From Pseudomonadales bacterium (GTDB taxonomy: Bacteria > Pseudomonadota > Gammaproteobacteria > Pseudomonadales > JAHEIH01), in the NCBI GenBank assembly GCA_035458985.1, contig DATHYR010000288.1, positions 8,832-72,831 of the forward strand: 64,000 nucleotides of DNA. Direction: 5' to 3'. The notes beneath the pieces were generated by a model. That model saw only the letters and a program-made list of their open reading frames with translations. It searched no databases and was not told where the DNA came from. This document shows positions 9,344 through 19,890 of the stretch, one piece after another (the stretch's first letter is position 1; each line of letters opens with the position of its first letter). The position numbers and the translations under genes are program-made.

Positions 9344-10441
9344 CTAGCGACCCATCTCATCATCAGAGGTTTCAAATGACACCTCAACCCGCTGACCGGC
9401 ACTGACGTATTCCTGACCAATCGTCACCAACGTCGTCACGTCAGGTAAACCACGTACCCAGATACCGGCCTCACTGTCGGCCAATGTTTCAACCAGCGCA
9501 AAATGAACCACGTTATCACTATCGAGATATTTCAAACCCATACGACCAGCATCATCCAAACTCAGCAGGGATGAAGGCACGTTGTGGGCTTTCACCGCAG
9601 GTAAATTGACACTGATATTGGCGGTTAACCCTGCACGCACGAGATAGTCAGTGTTATCAAGTAAGGCTTCGATTTTGAAGGTCCGCGTCATCGCATCGGC
9701 TTGTGATGCCACATAGCGTAACGTCCCTTGAACAGTAGTTTCCCCAGCCAAGACCACATCAACGGGCATACCGGGTTGTAATTGAGACACCACACGCTCA
9801 GACACTTGGCCGACCACTACCAAGGGATTCAATTCCAACACAGACGCACACTGCGTACCTACATTAAGTAAATCGCCTTGCTCCACATGGAAGGTTTCAA
9901 CCACACCTTTAAAGGGCGCGCGAATCTCAAGATACGCCATTTCAAGCTCTCGGCGTTTTAACTGAGCAGAGGCACTGTCCATACGAGCTTTGGCAGCAGC
10001 GATAGCCTGCTTTGATTGATACCCGGCGGTTTTGAGTGCCAACGCTCCATCGTACTCAATTTTTGCTTGGGTCAATACTGAACGCGCTTCTTGCAGTTTC
10101 AGGGCGCGATCTTCCTCAGCTAAGCGACACAAGAGTGCCCCTGCTTCGACAACTTGCCCCTCGCTATCGGCGCGAAATGCCAGCAAGCCGCCAATTTGAG
10201 CCTTAAGCACAACACGCCGATTGGCTTCAGTGCGGCCTTTAACCGCTAAGCTAGGTATGAAGTCGACAGCCTCCAACTGTTTTACCTTGACCACCATATT
10301 TTGAGCATTGGTCACCCGATCTTCTTGAGCCACCGTCTCGTGTGAGGAGAATACACCCGAGACAAGCCATGCCACAGAAAGGACCAAAATAAGTAATGCG
10401 GTTCGGTAATTTTTATTGGTCGCAAGATCTTTAATGAGCAT
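9344..10441 (-). CDS. RND efflux periplasmic adaptor (membrane fusion protein)
   Basis: N-terminal anchor helix, coiled-coil hairpin and beta-barrel regions typical of HlyD/AcrA-like MFPs. ATG at 10441 is preferred over the GTG at 10492. Confidence 0.9.
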   Translation of the reverse strand: MLIKDLATNKNYRTALLILVLSVAWLVSGVFSSHETVAQEDRVTNAQNMVVKVKQLEAVDFIPSLAVKGRTEANRRVVLKAQIGGLLAFRADSEGQVVEAGALLCRLAEEDRALKLQEARSVLTQAKIEYDGALALKTAGYQSKQAIAAAKARMDSASAQLKRRELEMAYLEIRAPFKGVVETFHVEQGDLLNVGTQCASVLELNPLVVVGQVSERVVSQLQPGMPVDVVLAGETTVQGTLRYVASQADAMTRTFKIEALLDNTDYLVRAGLTANISVNLPAVKAHNVPSSLLSLDDAGRMGLKYLDSDNVVHFALVETLADSEAGIWVRGLPDVTTLVTIGQEYVSAGQRVEVSFETSDDEMGR

Positions 10442-10575
10442 TGAATTTTCCGCTGCAATGTTGAAGATTAGGGGGGCGTGCAAACAACGCACAAGCCTTA
10501 TAAAAAGTGCAGCATTCTACTCTCTTGTAAAGCCATGCGCTAATGTAATGGCGGCCATTTTGCTTAATTAATACG

Positions 10576-11277
10576 CTAGGCGTGGCTCAACACTTGATCT
10601 ACCCATTCGGGCACCAACGCGCTGGCCAACCCTTGACGCGCCTCGTCAAATACAGAGGTCACAAGGCTCACATCCATATTCAGCTCAAGCGTCTTGGCAC
10701 CCGCGGCATTGGCCACGTCTACAAAGCCTGCTGCAGGATACACATGCCCTGACGTACCAATGGCAACAAATAAATCAGCCTTTTCAAGGGCCGAGTAGAT
10801 CTCATTCATGGCTTTAGGCATCTCACCAAACCAGACAATGTCTGGTCGCAGTTCGCCGACGCGTCGACAAGCGGTGCACGCATGTGCTGGTGAACAATCA
10901 TCGCGATGAATAAATACTTCACCACACCCCTGACAACATACCTTGAGCAATTCACCATGCATATGAATAACCTTTGTGCTGCCGCCACGCTCGTGCAAGT
11001 CGTCAACATTTTGGGTGACCAAGGTCACCCGCTCCGGCAGCGCCCGCTGTAATTTTGCCAATGCCCTATGGGCAGCATTGGGCACGACCGATTCACTCAT
11101 TAGCTGCCGTCGCCGTGCGTTGTAAAATTGGTGCACTACTTCGGGATGCCTGACAAAGCCCTCCGGCGAGGCCACGTCCTCAATCCGGTGGCCTTCCCAT
11201 AAGCCATCCGAAGCGCGAAATGTTTGGATACCTGATTCGGCGGAAATCCCCGCCCCTGTCAAAATAACTATTTTCAT
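10576..11277 (-). CDS. cobB: NAD-dependent protein deacylase (Sir2 family, CobB)
   Basis: GAGISAESGIQTFR and QNVDDLHERGG motifs, with a Cys-x2-Cys...Cys-x2-Cys zinc ribbon. Confidence 0.9.
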   Translation of the reverse strand: MKIVILTGAGISAESGIQTFRASDGLWEGHRIEDVASPEGFVRHPEVVHQFYNARRRQLMSESVVPNAAHRALAKLQRALPERVTLVTQNVDDLHERGGSTKVIHMHGELLKVCCQGCGEVFIHRDDCSPAHACTACRRVGELRPDIVWFGEMPKAMNEIYSALEKADLFVAIGTSGHVYPAAGFVDVANAAGAKTLELNMDVSLVTSVFDEARQGLASALVPEWVDQVLSHA

Positions 11278-11369
11278 AATTGGCTATCCAGGATCTATTA
11301 CAATCGGTTGCAAAATGCTAGTCTCTCAACTATCGCACCTAAGCAATAACAAGACTAGCAGGTATACTC

Positions 11370-12149
11370 ATGACCATAAAAACGATCGTGTGGGGCGAAA
11401 ACGTCCACGAACATACCAATACCGTTGTCGGCAGACTTTATCCCGACGGCATGCACAGTACCATCGCCGCAGCCCTCAACGAAGATCCCCGAATTGAGGC
11501 CACCACCGCTACGCTTCAAGACGCCGAGCACGGCCTAAGCGAAGCGCGTCTGGAAGGCACCGACGTACTGATATGGTGGGGCCATTGCGCCCACGGCGAT
11601 GTCGACGACGAGATCGTCGACCGTGTTCAACGTCGGGTATTAGAGGGCATGGGTCTGATTGTGCTGCACTCGGGCCACTACTCCAAAATCTTTAAACGCC
11701 TCATGGGGACAACCTGTTCTCTCAAGTGGCGCGAAGCGGGTGAGCGAGAACGCCTCTGGGTGGTTAACCCAGGTCATCCCATTGTGCAAGGCCTCGGTGA
11801 CTACCTCGAACTTCCCCATACCGAAATGTATGGCGAGCCCTTTGCGGTACCCAATCCCGACGAAGTGGTATTCATCAGTGCTTTTGAAGGCGGTGAAGTC
11901 TTCCGCTCAGGCCTGACCTACAAACGTGGTAATGGCAAAATATTTTATTTCCGCCCGGGTCATGAAACCTACCCCATTTTTTACAATGAGGAAGTCCGCA
12001 TGGTGTTGAGAAACGCTGTAAAATGGGCTCAGCCAGAGGGCTCTCGTTGGATTGATAGCTGCCCTAACGTTCCACCAGAGAAAGCGCCTAACCCCATCAC
12101 CGTGAAAGGTGAAGGCCTACACAGACCTGGCGATAAAGGATTTAAGTAA
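11370..12149 (+). CDS. ThuA-domain protein (trehalose-utilisation-like)
   Basis: 259 aa with ThuA-like sequence ([11 protein letters not shown]...VLHSGHYSK). Confidence 0.75.
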   Translation: MTIKTIVWGENVHEHTNTVVGRLYPDGMHSTIAAALNEDPRIEATTATLQDAEHGLSEARLEGTDVLIWWGHCAHGDVDDEIVDRVQRRVLEGMGLIVLHSGHYSKIFKRLMGTTCSLKWREAGERERLWVVNPGHPIVQGLGDYLELPHTEMYGEPFAVPNPDEVVFISAFEGGEVFRSGLTYKRGNGKIFYFRPGHETYPIFYNEEVRMVLRNAVKWAQPEGSRWIDSCPNVPPEKAPNPITVKGEGLHRPGDKGFK

Positions 12150-13195
12150 TGGTCAATATCGCTATCGTAGGAACCGGTGGCATGGCTAAAAACCATGCCG
12201 AAATGTTTGCCGCCGCCAAGGATTGTCAAGTCGTTGCTGTATGCGATATTGACCTCGCCAAAGCCAAGGGCTTCGCCAAGGCACACGGTATTGCCAACGT
12301 GTACGACAACCTGGAAGCGCTGCTCGCCGACCCCACTATCGACGGGGTCAGTAATGTCACACCGGACAAGTTTCACAAGCCGGTGTCATTACAAATCATC
12401 GCAGCAGGCAAGCACGTATTGTGTGAAAAGCCACTGGCCGTGAATGCGGCAGATGCACAGGCAATGGCTGACGCCGCCCAAGCGGCAGGCGTGATCAACA
12501 TGGTGAATCTTAGCTACCGTGATGCACCCGCCATTCAAGATGCCCGCACACGGATAGCGGCCGGCGAAATCGGCCGCGTTAGGCATGTCGATGCAAGCTA
12601 TTTACAAAGTTGGTTGGTAAGCAATCAGTGGGGCGAATGGCATAGCGAAGACACGTGGTTGTGGCGCTTATCCAGCCAGCATGGTTCCAAAGGCGTCTTA
12701 GGCGATGTGGGCATTCATATCCTCGACTTTGCCAGCTATCCGGTCGGCGACATCGACGAAGTATTTTGCCAACTGGCATGCTTTGACAAAGCCCCCAACA
12801 ACCAGATTGGCGAATACACTCTAGACGCTAATGACAGTGCATTGATTCAAGCGCGTTTTGCCAATGGTGCCATGGCAAGCATCCATACCACACGATGGGC
12901 CACCGGCAATATCAATACCCTGCGTTTGCGCATTCACGGTGACCAAGGCGCCATCGATATCGACCTCGATCGCTCGCGCACCTCGCTGCAAATGTGCCGC
13001 GGTGACAATATCCATGACGCCGTGTGGGAAACCCTTGAATGCCCCCCTACCCCTAATAATTATCAACGTTTTGTTGATAGCATTCGACACGGTAAAAACG
13101 ATCAGCCGGACTTTGCTTACGGCGCCAAGCTGCAAGTAATTATCGATAGCTGCTTTGATTCAGATGCACAACGTAGCCCAATCAAAATTGGCTAA
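12149..13195 (+). CDS. Gfo/Idh/MocA-family NAD(P)-dependent oxidoreductase
   Basis: N-terminal Rossmann motif IAIVGTGGMAKNH and EKPLA motif. The start overlaps the ThuA stop. Confidence 0.85.
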   Translation: MVNIAIVGTGGMAKNHAEMFAAAKDCQVVAVCDIDLAKAKGFAKAHGIANVYDNLEALLADPTIDGVSNVTPDKFHKPVSLQIIAAGKHVLCEKPLAVNAADAQAMADAAQAAGVINMVNLSYRDAPAIQDARTRIAAGEIGRVRHVDASYLQSWLVSNQWGEWHSEDTWLWRLSSQHGSKGVLGDVGIHILDFASYPVGDIDEVFCQLACFDKAPNNQIGEYTLDANDSALIQARFANGAMASIHTTRWATGNINTLRLRIHGDQGAIDIDLDRSRTSLQMCRGDNIHDAVWETLECPPTPNNYQRFVDSIRHGKNDQPDFAYGAKLQVIIDSCFDSDAQRSPIKIG

Positions 13196-14112
13196 CGACT
13201 AAAAAGGCGTTCCAGCTCATCCAGCAGACGCGCAAACCCGCGTGTCTCTGGATGCAACCAATCAAAATGCCCCGCCTCACTGATTTCAATGACATCAAAA
13301 CCTGCGCCGCGTGGGTGCGCTATAGGCACAATGGTGTCTTGACCACCATGAAGTAAAACAACGCGAGGCAATAGGGTTCGTCCGACAGGATTGGCGGCAT
13401 TATAGGCATCAGGGTTCTCGCTGTAACTTTGTCCTATAAACGCACGAGCCGCTCTCTGGCAGCCACTAGCACCCTCGGCAAAGGCTACGAAATCCACGAT
13501 GGATGCCAATCCGATCACGGCACTAAGCTGAGAAGCCTCTGGTTGAGACGCAGCCAACAACCCTAGATGCCCTCCTGCAGAATGTCCTGCCAGCACCACT
13601 CTTGTCGTGTCAACACCATAATTGCGAAGGCTCGACAGTTTGCCTAAAGCCGCAACTACATCGTCGTAAGAACCGGGCCATCCTCCCCCAACATCGCCCG
13701 TTGATCGGTATTCAAGCGACCACACTGCGATACCGTAATTGTCGGCGACCTCTGAAGCAAAACCATAGGATTGGTCAAGCCGATACTGATTACTCCAACA
13801 TCCCCCGTGCACAAAAATCAGTAGCGGCGTAGCCTCAGTATTTTGCCTTGGCAACCATAATTCTCCGTACTGTAGATCTCCCTCACCGTAATCAATGCGG
13901 GCATCTGGATCACGATTATCGAGAGTGACGATACTCGAGAACGAGGGGTTTGATAGGTATTCGCCTGTCGATGGTTGCTCGCTGTCATCGATAACGGGCG
14001 GGGGCGGTGAAAGTGTTGGTGACACAGGCACAGACGAATCTGCACCTCCCCCACAGGCACTTAACACTAGCAAAGTACTAAAAAGAAATAGTTTGTTCAC
14101 CAAAGCTCTCAT
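13192..14112 (-). CDS. Alpha/beta-hydrolase lipoprotein (esterase/lipase-like)
   Basis: Lipobox LLVLSACGG, HGGCW oxyanion-type motif and GHSAGG nucleophile elbow. Confidence 0.8.
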   Translation of the reverse strand: MRALVNKLFLFSTLLVLSACGGGADSSVPVSPTLSPPPPVIDDSEQPSTGEYLSNPSFSSIVTLDNRDPDARIDYGEGDLQYGELWLPRQNTEATPLLIFVHGGCWSNQYRLDQSYGFASEVADNYGIAVWSLEYRSTGDVGGGWPGSYDDVVAALGKLSSLRNYGVDTTRVVLAGHSAGGHLGLLAASQPEASQLSAVIGLASIVDFVAFAEGASGCQRAARAFIGQSYSENPDAYNAANPVGRTLLPRVVLLHGGQDTIVPIAHPRGAGFDVIEISEAGHFDWLHPETRGFARLLDELERLFSR

Positions 14113-14186
14113 TTTATTTATTTATACGCCACAAACTCAGGTCGAGACTTTATAAGGCGATGGTCTAACGGCTGTGCCCAGGTCAT

Positions 14187-14211
14187 AAAAAAACCCCAAA
14201 GATGGGGTTTT
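14187..14211 (-). terminator. Rho-independent terminator downstream of ppnP (palindromic, potentially bidirectional)
   Basis: AAAACCCCA-aag-TGGGGTTTT hairpin flanked by A and T runs, 25 nt after the ppnP stop. Confidence 0.7.
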
Positions 14212-14235
14212 ACGTCCGACCATACTCGTCAAAAG

Positions 14236-14517
14236 TTAGCTATAAAAGCAAAGATAAGCGGTTGGTGCAGCCACCTGTAAATCAAACGAGCTATTTGCCT
14301 CCACACTGAATTCACTTCCAGCAGGAAAGGCTTGCCATGCTTCACTACCCGCAAACCTTACAACCAGTTCGCCGTATACAACGCGCATAACTTCATGTTG
14401 ACTGGTACCGAAGGTGTACTCGCCCGCCGCCATCACACCCGAGGTGACATGGCCTTCTGCGCCTTGGAAGGCGATTGATTTAACCTTGCCATCAAAGTAT
14501 TCATTTACATTCAACAT
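14236..14517 (-). CDS. ppnP: Pyrimidine/purine nucleoside phosphorylase PpnP (DUF1255)
   Basis: 93-aa cupin beginning [17 protein letters not shown], characteristic of YaiE/PpnP. Confidence 0.85.
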   Translation of the reverse strand: MLNVNEYFDGKVKSIAFQGAEGHVTSGVMAAGEYTFGTSQHEVMRVVYGELVVRFAGSEAWQAFPAGSEFSVEANSSFDLQVAAPTAYLCFYS

Positions 14518-14586
14518 AGGGTTCTCTCCAAAAAAAGTGGCGAGATAATACGCTGGCCACGCCGTACTGTCATGTAAAAATCCACG

Positions 14587-15066
14587 TCATTCCGCCAATT
14601 CAAGGGGCAACTCGGTGGTGTTTTTGATCTCGGTGACGGCAATGTGTGAGTGCACCTCGCCCACATGATCAAGTTGCAACAATTTTTCCCGCACAAAGAC
14701 CTCGTACTGACGAATGCCTAGGGCAACAATTTTCAACATATAATCCCAATTACCCGCCATGGTGTAGCACTCTACCACTTCAGGAAAACGCTGGATGTCG
14801 CGTTCAAAATCTTCTAGGTTACTGCGCCCTTGTGCGGTGAGATTCACGGTGGCAAAAACTATTAAATCAAAGCCCAGTTTGCGGCTATCAAGCAAGGTGA
14901 CATGCTTTTTAATCACGCCACTTTCTTCCAGACGATTGATTCTTCGCCAGCACGGTGACTGGGACATATTGCTCATATCGGCAATTTCTTGGGTGGTGTA
15001 TTTGGCATTGCGCTGCATGCAGTCCAAGATATTTAGGTCAGTTTTGTCCAGTTTTATCGCCGGCAT
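14587..15066 (-). CDS. Lrp/AsnC-family transcriptional regulator (BkdR-like by context)
   Basis: Helix-turn-helix (LDKTDLNILDCMQRNAKYTTQEIA) plus an RAM domain. It is divergent from the Ior/Ldh genes. Confidence 0.9.
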   Translation of the reverse strand: MPAIKLDKTDLNILDCMQRNAKYTTQEIADMSNMSQSPCWRRINRLEESGVIKKHVTLLDSRKLGFDLIVFATVNLTAQGRSNLEDFERDIQRFPEVVECYTMAGNWDYMLKIVALGIRQYEVFVREKLLQLDHVGEVHSHIAVTEIKNTTELPLELAE

Positions 15067-15211
15067 TTCGATAACCTCAAAAAATTAGATAATTTATTCT
15101 TAAAATTATAGATAAAAGAATAAACTTTACTAAATATCGCAAAGCGCCAACATAAATAGCATAAAATTTTCCGTTATCTCAGCCTACTATTGGCATAGTT
15201 GGTTTACCCAT

Positions 15212-18200
15212 ATGAAGGTGCAAAGACCCATGGCAAAGATCTCGCTGGATGACAAATACGCGCTAAGTAAAACCCGCGCTTACATGACCGGTATTGAGGC
15301 CCTCGTTCGGTTACCGATATTGCAGCACCAGCGTGACCTGGATAACGGGCTCAACACCGCCGGATTCATTTCAGGCTACCGCGGCTCCCCCCTTGGCAGC
15401 GTTGACCAGGCCATGTGGCGAGCCAAATCCTATCTTGACGAGCACAACATTGTTTTCCAACCGGGTATTAATGAAGATTTAGCCGCGACGGCCGTATGGG
15501 GCAGCCAGCAGGTGAATTTATTCGAAGGCGCCAAATACGACGGTGTCTTTTCCATGTGGTATGGCAAAGGCCCCGGCGTGGATCGCTCCATGGATGTCAT
15601 AAAACACGCCAACGCCTTTGGTACCGCCAAGTACGGTGGCGTGTTGGCCGTGGCTGGAGATGACCATGCCTCAAAGTCGTCTACCCTTCCGCACCAATCA
15701 GAGCATATGTTTATCGGCGCCTCCATTCCTGTTCTCAACCCTGCCAACGTGCAAGAAGTGCTCGATCTTGGGATCTTTGGCTGGGAGCTATCACGCTACT
15801 GTGGCAGCTGGGTCGCCCTAAAAGCCATTACCGACAACATGGATTCGGCTATTTCAGCCGATATTGATCCACAGCGCGTCAAAATTGTGATTCCAGATCA
15901 GTTCACACTGCCCGAAGACGGTGTACATGCCCGCCTTGATGACACACCACTGGCGCAGGAGCAGCGCCTGAACAAGTACAAGATTTATGCCGCTCGCGAA
16001 TTCGCGCGAGTAAACAATATCAACAAAATCGTGGTCGATTCCCCCAAAGCACGCCTTGGCATTATCACTACCGGCAAAGCGTATTTAGATGTCATGCAAG
16101 CCCTTGAGGATCTGGGGATCGACGAAGCTAAGGCCAGCGACATTGGTCTTAGAGTATTCAAAGTGGGGATGAGCTGGCCACTAGAACCCGTGTCGACCCA
16201 TGCCTTTGCCGAGGGCTTGGAAGAAATTTTGGTCGTGGAAGAAAAGCGCTCCATCATTGAAGACCAACTGACAGGGCAACTTTACAACTGGCCAGTGAAT
16301 AAACGTCCCGTCGTGATTGGGGAATTTGACAGCGAGGGCCATGACTTATTACCTAACCAAGGTGAACTGACCCCCGCTATGGTGGCACGCGCCATCGCGT
16401 CGCGCATGTATCGCTTTTATAGCGACGACAACATCGACAAACGCCTGCAGTTTTACAACGTAAAAGAACAATCGCTCGCTAAAAATCGTCCCAAGCTCGA
16501 CCGAGTACCGCACTATTGCTCTGGCTGCCCGCACAGCAGCGGTACGCGCGTTCCTGAAGGCAGTCGTACCCTAGGTGGCATTGGATGCCACTACATGGGC
16601 ACCTGGCAGAAAGGAAATCGCAAGGCGGATACGTTTAGCCAAATGGGTGGTGAAGGGGTCACATGGATGGGACAAGCGCCCTTCACAAACACCAAACACG
16701 TCTTTCAAAACCTCGGTGATGGCACCTATTTCCACTCGGGAATTTTGGCGATTCGCCAATCCATTTCAGCCAAGGTGAATATCACTTACAAAATTCTTTA
16801 CAACGACGCGGTGGCAATGACCGGCGGCCAGCCAATCGATGGCACGCTGAGTGTCACAGACATCATCGATCAATTATTTGCTGAAGGTATCAAACGCATC
16901 GCCGTGGTCAGCGATGAGCCCAAGAAATACCCACGTCACGTTGGTCGCCGCCACGGAGTGAGCATCGATCACCGCAAGCGTCTGCTTACCGTTGAAGATG
17001 AACTTCGCAACACCCCCGGCACCACCATATTGATTTATGATCAAACCTGCGCCGCTGAAAAACGTCGTCGCCGTAAAAAAGGTGCTATGGTCGACCCAAA
17101 TACTCGCGTGTTTATTAACCCAGAGGTCTGCGAAGGCTGTGGCGATTGTAGCGTGCAATCTAACTGTTTGTCGGTGATACCGCTGGAAACCGAGTTGGGG
17201 CGCAAGCGTCAAATTGATCAGAGCGCGTGCAACAAGGACTACAGTTGCGTCAATGGCTTTTGCCCCAGCTTTGTAAGCATCACCGGCGGATCCCTCAAAA
17301 CTAACAACAACGCTGCCAGTGGTTCACTGGGCACACTGCCCACTCCTACGCTGGCGCCCATTGAAGAACGCCCGTGGAATATTCTAATCACGGGGATAGG
17401 CGGCACCGGGGTACTCACCATCTCAGCACTCGTCTCCATGGCAGCTCATATCGAGGGTAAAGGTTGTGCGACGATGAACCAAACCGGTTTGGCGCAAAAA
17501 TTCGGTGCCGTCATTAGCCATGTACGTATTGGTAAAACCCAGAGCGCTATTAACTCCGTGCGTATTCCCGCTGGCGATGCCGATTTATTGCTGGGCTGCG
17601 ATCTTGTGGTCGCCGCAAGCGATGAAGCCATCGCCAAGGTCAATATTGAACGCAGTTATGCCATCGTGAATGACTTCGAAGCCATCACTGCCGAGTTTGT
17701 CAGTAATCCTGACTTGGTCTTCCCGGCTGAAGCCATGAAAACCACTATTCAAGAAGAGGTCGGCGCTGACAAAGTGACCTTTTTTAACGCCACCGACTTA
17801 GCCACCCATCTGTTTGGTGACAGCATAGCCAGCAACGTCTTTTTGCTGGGCTACGCCTACCAACAGGGCATGATCCCAGTGGGCCATGAGGCGATTTTGG
17901 AAGCCATAGAACTCAACAAAGTACAAATCGAGCTGAATAAACGCGCCTTTGAATGGGGCCGCCATGCGGCTATTGATCTGGAGTACGTGGCCAAAGTCGC
18001 TGATGTTCACGCCAAATTCGAACCGCTAGAAGACCTCGATGCCATCCTGAACGATCGATACAAGCGCCTCGTGGCTTATCAAAATACCGCCTATGCCGAC
18101 CGCTACTTGGCGCTGATGCGCCCACTCATGGAAGCCGACATGGCGCACCCCACACGCCACAGCGAACTGAGCAAGCACGCGGCGCGTCAGCTATTTCGGG

Positions 18201-18703
18201 CCATGGCCTACAAAGATGAGTATGAAGTCGCGCGCCTCTTCAGCGACGACAGCTTCACCAAACGCGTCGCCGCTATTTTCGAGGGCAACATCAGCATGGA
18301 CTTCCATCTCTCTCCACCGCTTCTCGCCGGGCACGATAAAGACCTCAACCGCCCCGCCAAATACCGCCTCCCTGGCTGGTTAATGCGTCCCATGTTTAGA
18401 TTACTTCAGCACGGAAAAGTGCTACGCGGCAGCGCGTTGGATATCTTTGGCTACAGCGAAGAACGCCAGAAAGAACGTGCGCTGATCGACAACTATAGCG
18501 ATGACATTCGTTTCGTCACTGAGCACTTGAATGCCGACAACTACTCTCAGGCCGTGCATTTACTGGCAGGTATGGCTCAGGTGCGCGGCTATGGCCCGGT
18601 AAAATTGGCCAACCTAGACAATTATTTAGAAGAACGCCAACATTGGCGCCAACGCTTTGAACAAAAAGGCGTTGATACCATTACATTTATTAATGCCGCA
18701 TAG
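15212..18703 (+). CDS. Indolepyruvate/2-oxoacid:ferredoxin oxidoreductase family protein (fused alpha-beta, ~1160 aa)
   Basis: TPP-enzyme N-terminal region, CEGCGDCSVQSNC ferredoxin-type cluster motif and IorB-like C-terminal part. An alternative start exists at M7. Confidence 0.9.
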   Translation: MKVQRPMAKISLDDKYALSKTRAYMTGIEALVRLPILQHQRDLDNGLNTAGFISGYRGSPLGSVDQAMWRAKSYLDEHNIVFQPGINEDLAATAVWGSQQVNLFEGAKYDGVFSMWYGKGPGVDRSMDVIKHANAFGTAKYGGVLAVAGDDHASKSSTLPHQSEHMFIGASIPVLNPANVQEVLDLGIFGWELSRYCGSWVALKAITDNMDSAISADIDPQRVKIVIPDQFTLPEDGVHARLDDTPLAQEQRLNKYKIYAAREFARVNNINKIVVDSPKARLGIITTGKAYLDVMQALEDLGIDEAKASDIGLRVFKVGMSWPLEPVSTHAFAEGLEEILVVEEKRSIIEDQLTGQLYNWPVNKRPVVIGEFDSEGHDLLPNQGELTPAMVARAIASRMYRFYSDDNIDKRLQFYNVKEQSLAKNRPKLDRVPHYCSGCPHSSGTRVPEGSRTLGGIGCHYMGTWQKGNRKADTFSQMGGEGVTWMGQAPFTNTKHVFQNLGDGTYFHSGILAIRQSISAKVNITYKILYNDAVAMTGGQPIDGTLSVTDIIDQLFAEGIKRIAVVSDEPKKYPRHVGRRHGVSIDHRKRLLTVEDELRNTPGTTILIYDQTCAAEKRRRRKKGAMVDPNTRVFINPEVCEGCGDCSVQSNCLSVIPLETELGRKRQIDQSACNKDYSCVNGFCPSFVSITGGSLKTNNNAASGSLGTLPTPTLAPIEERPWNILITGIGGTGVLTISALVSMAAHIEGKGCATMNQTGLAQKFGAVISHVRIGKTQSAINSVRIPAGDADLLLGCDLVVAASDEAIAKVNIERSYAIVNDFEAITAEFVSNPDLVFPAEAMKTTIQEEVGADKVTFFNATDLATHLFGDSIASNVFLLGYAYQQGMIPVGHEAILEAIELNKVQIELNKRAFEWGRHAAIDLEYVAKVADVHAKFEPLEDLDAILNDRYKRLVAYQNTAYADRYLALMRPLMEADMAHPTRHSELSKHAARQLFRAMAYKDEYEVARLFSDDSFTKRVAAIFEGNISMDFHLSPPLLAGHDKDLNRPAKYRLPGWLMRPMFRLLQHGKVLRGSALDIFGYSEERQKERALIDNYSDDIRFVTEHLNADNYSQAVHLLAGMAQVRGYGPVKLANLDNYLEERQHWRQRFEQKGVDTITFINAA

Positions 18704-18712
18704 GGAATCTGT

Positions 18713-19771
18713 ATGTCTGTTTTGTCACACCCCGAATTCGACAACCACGAAATGGTGGCTTTTCACTCGGATGAAGCCAGCGGTTTAAAAGCCATTATTG
18801 CGGTTCACAACAGCAAACTTGGACCCGCCACGGGGGGTTGCCGCATGTATCCCTACGCCAACGAGGACGATGCCATTCGCGATGTATTGCGTCTCTCACG
18901 TGGTATGACCTACAAATCGGCCCTGGCTGGTCTGCCGCTCGGCGGCGGTAAATCGGTGATCATTGGCGACCCAAAACGCGACAAGCATCCGGCGCTACTG
19001 CACGCCATGGGTGCCTTTATCAACAGTCTCGGTGGACGCTATGTCGGCGCCGAAGATTCAGGCACCAGCGTTGCCGATGTCGCCAAAATGGGTGAGCGTA
19101 CACGCTATGTCAGCGGCATTAATAGCCAAGCCAAACACGGCGGCGACCCTTCACCGGTCACCGCTTACGGAGTTTATGTAGGAATTATGGCCACCCTTGA
19201 ACAGCTGGGGTACAGCGGGCTTAATGGCCGCAGCATTGCTATTCAAGGCGTAGGCAATGTTGGCTACAACCTTTGCGGCTTATTACGTGAAGCAGGTGCC
19301 GAGGTATTTGTCAGCGACATCCATCAGGATAATCTGCAACGCGCCACTGACCTAGGCGCCAAGGTGGTGCCTAACCAAGACATACTTAACATGGACGTCG
19401 ACGTATTTGCGCCCTGCGCAATGGGCGCTGTCATCAATCCTCTGAGCATCGATCAATTGCGCTGTAAAGCCATTGCGGGCGCAGCAAATAATCAACTCGC
19501 TACCCTAGAGATGGGAGATCAGCTTCACGCCAAGGGCATTATCTACGCGCCCGATTATGTCATCAACGCTGGAGGAATTATCGAGGTCTATTACCAAAAT
19601 CAAGGGATACTCGATGCCAACAAGGTCACTCAGCATGTCGATACTATCGCCGAGCGCCTGCGTGACATCTACCAGCGTTCGCAGCATGAAAATCGTGCCA
19701 CACAGCGCATTGCCGACGCCATGGCAGAAGAAAAATTTAAGGGTAGCAGCGCGAAACACCTCGCTGCTTAG
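18713..19771 (+). CDS. ldh: Leucine (Leu/Phe/Val) dehydrogenase
   Basis: GPATGGCRMYPY, LGGGKSVIIGDP and GVGNVG Rossmann motifs of Glu/Leu/Phe/Val dehydrogenases. It starts 9 nt after the Ior gene. Confidence 0.9.
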   Translation: MSVLSHPEFDNHEMVAFHSDEASGLKAIIAVHNSKLGPATGGCRMYPYANEDDAIRDVLRLSRGMTYKSALAGLPLGGGKSVIIGDPKRDKHPALLHAMGAFINSLGGRYVGAEDSGTSVADVAKMGERTRYVSGINSQAKHGGDPSPVTAYGVYVGIMATLEQLGYSGLNGRSIAIQGVGNVGYNLCGLLREAGAEVFVSDIHQDNLQRATDLGAKVVPNQDILNMDVDVFAPCAMGAVINPLSIDQLRCKAIAGAANNQLATLEMGDQLHAKGIIYAPDYVINAGGIIEVYYQNQGILDANKVTQHVDTIAERLRDIYQRSQHENRATQRIADAMAEEKFKGSSAKHLAA

Positions 19772-19890
19772 ATGGCATGACTTGGTGGGTGGTCAGCCAT
19801 ATTGGGCCACCCACTGGATTCACGACTATTGACGAACAAAAACAAAAATGATTACTATTTTGTCACACAAAAAAATATAAAAACAACGCG

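Noticed and set aside
19835-19875. A-rich motifs ACAAAAACAAAA and TTGT[CT]ACACAAAAA shared by the STAS upstream region (19835-19875) and the DUF4041-operon upstream region (28157-28180); considered as Hfq/Crc-type A-rich sites or a common promoter element
   Set aside because: This is low-complexity A-rich sequence. The distances to the start codons differ (about 30 vs about 100 nt). I cannot separate it from compositional chance without comparative data.
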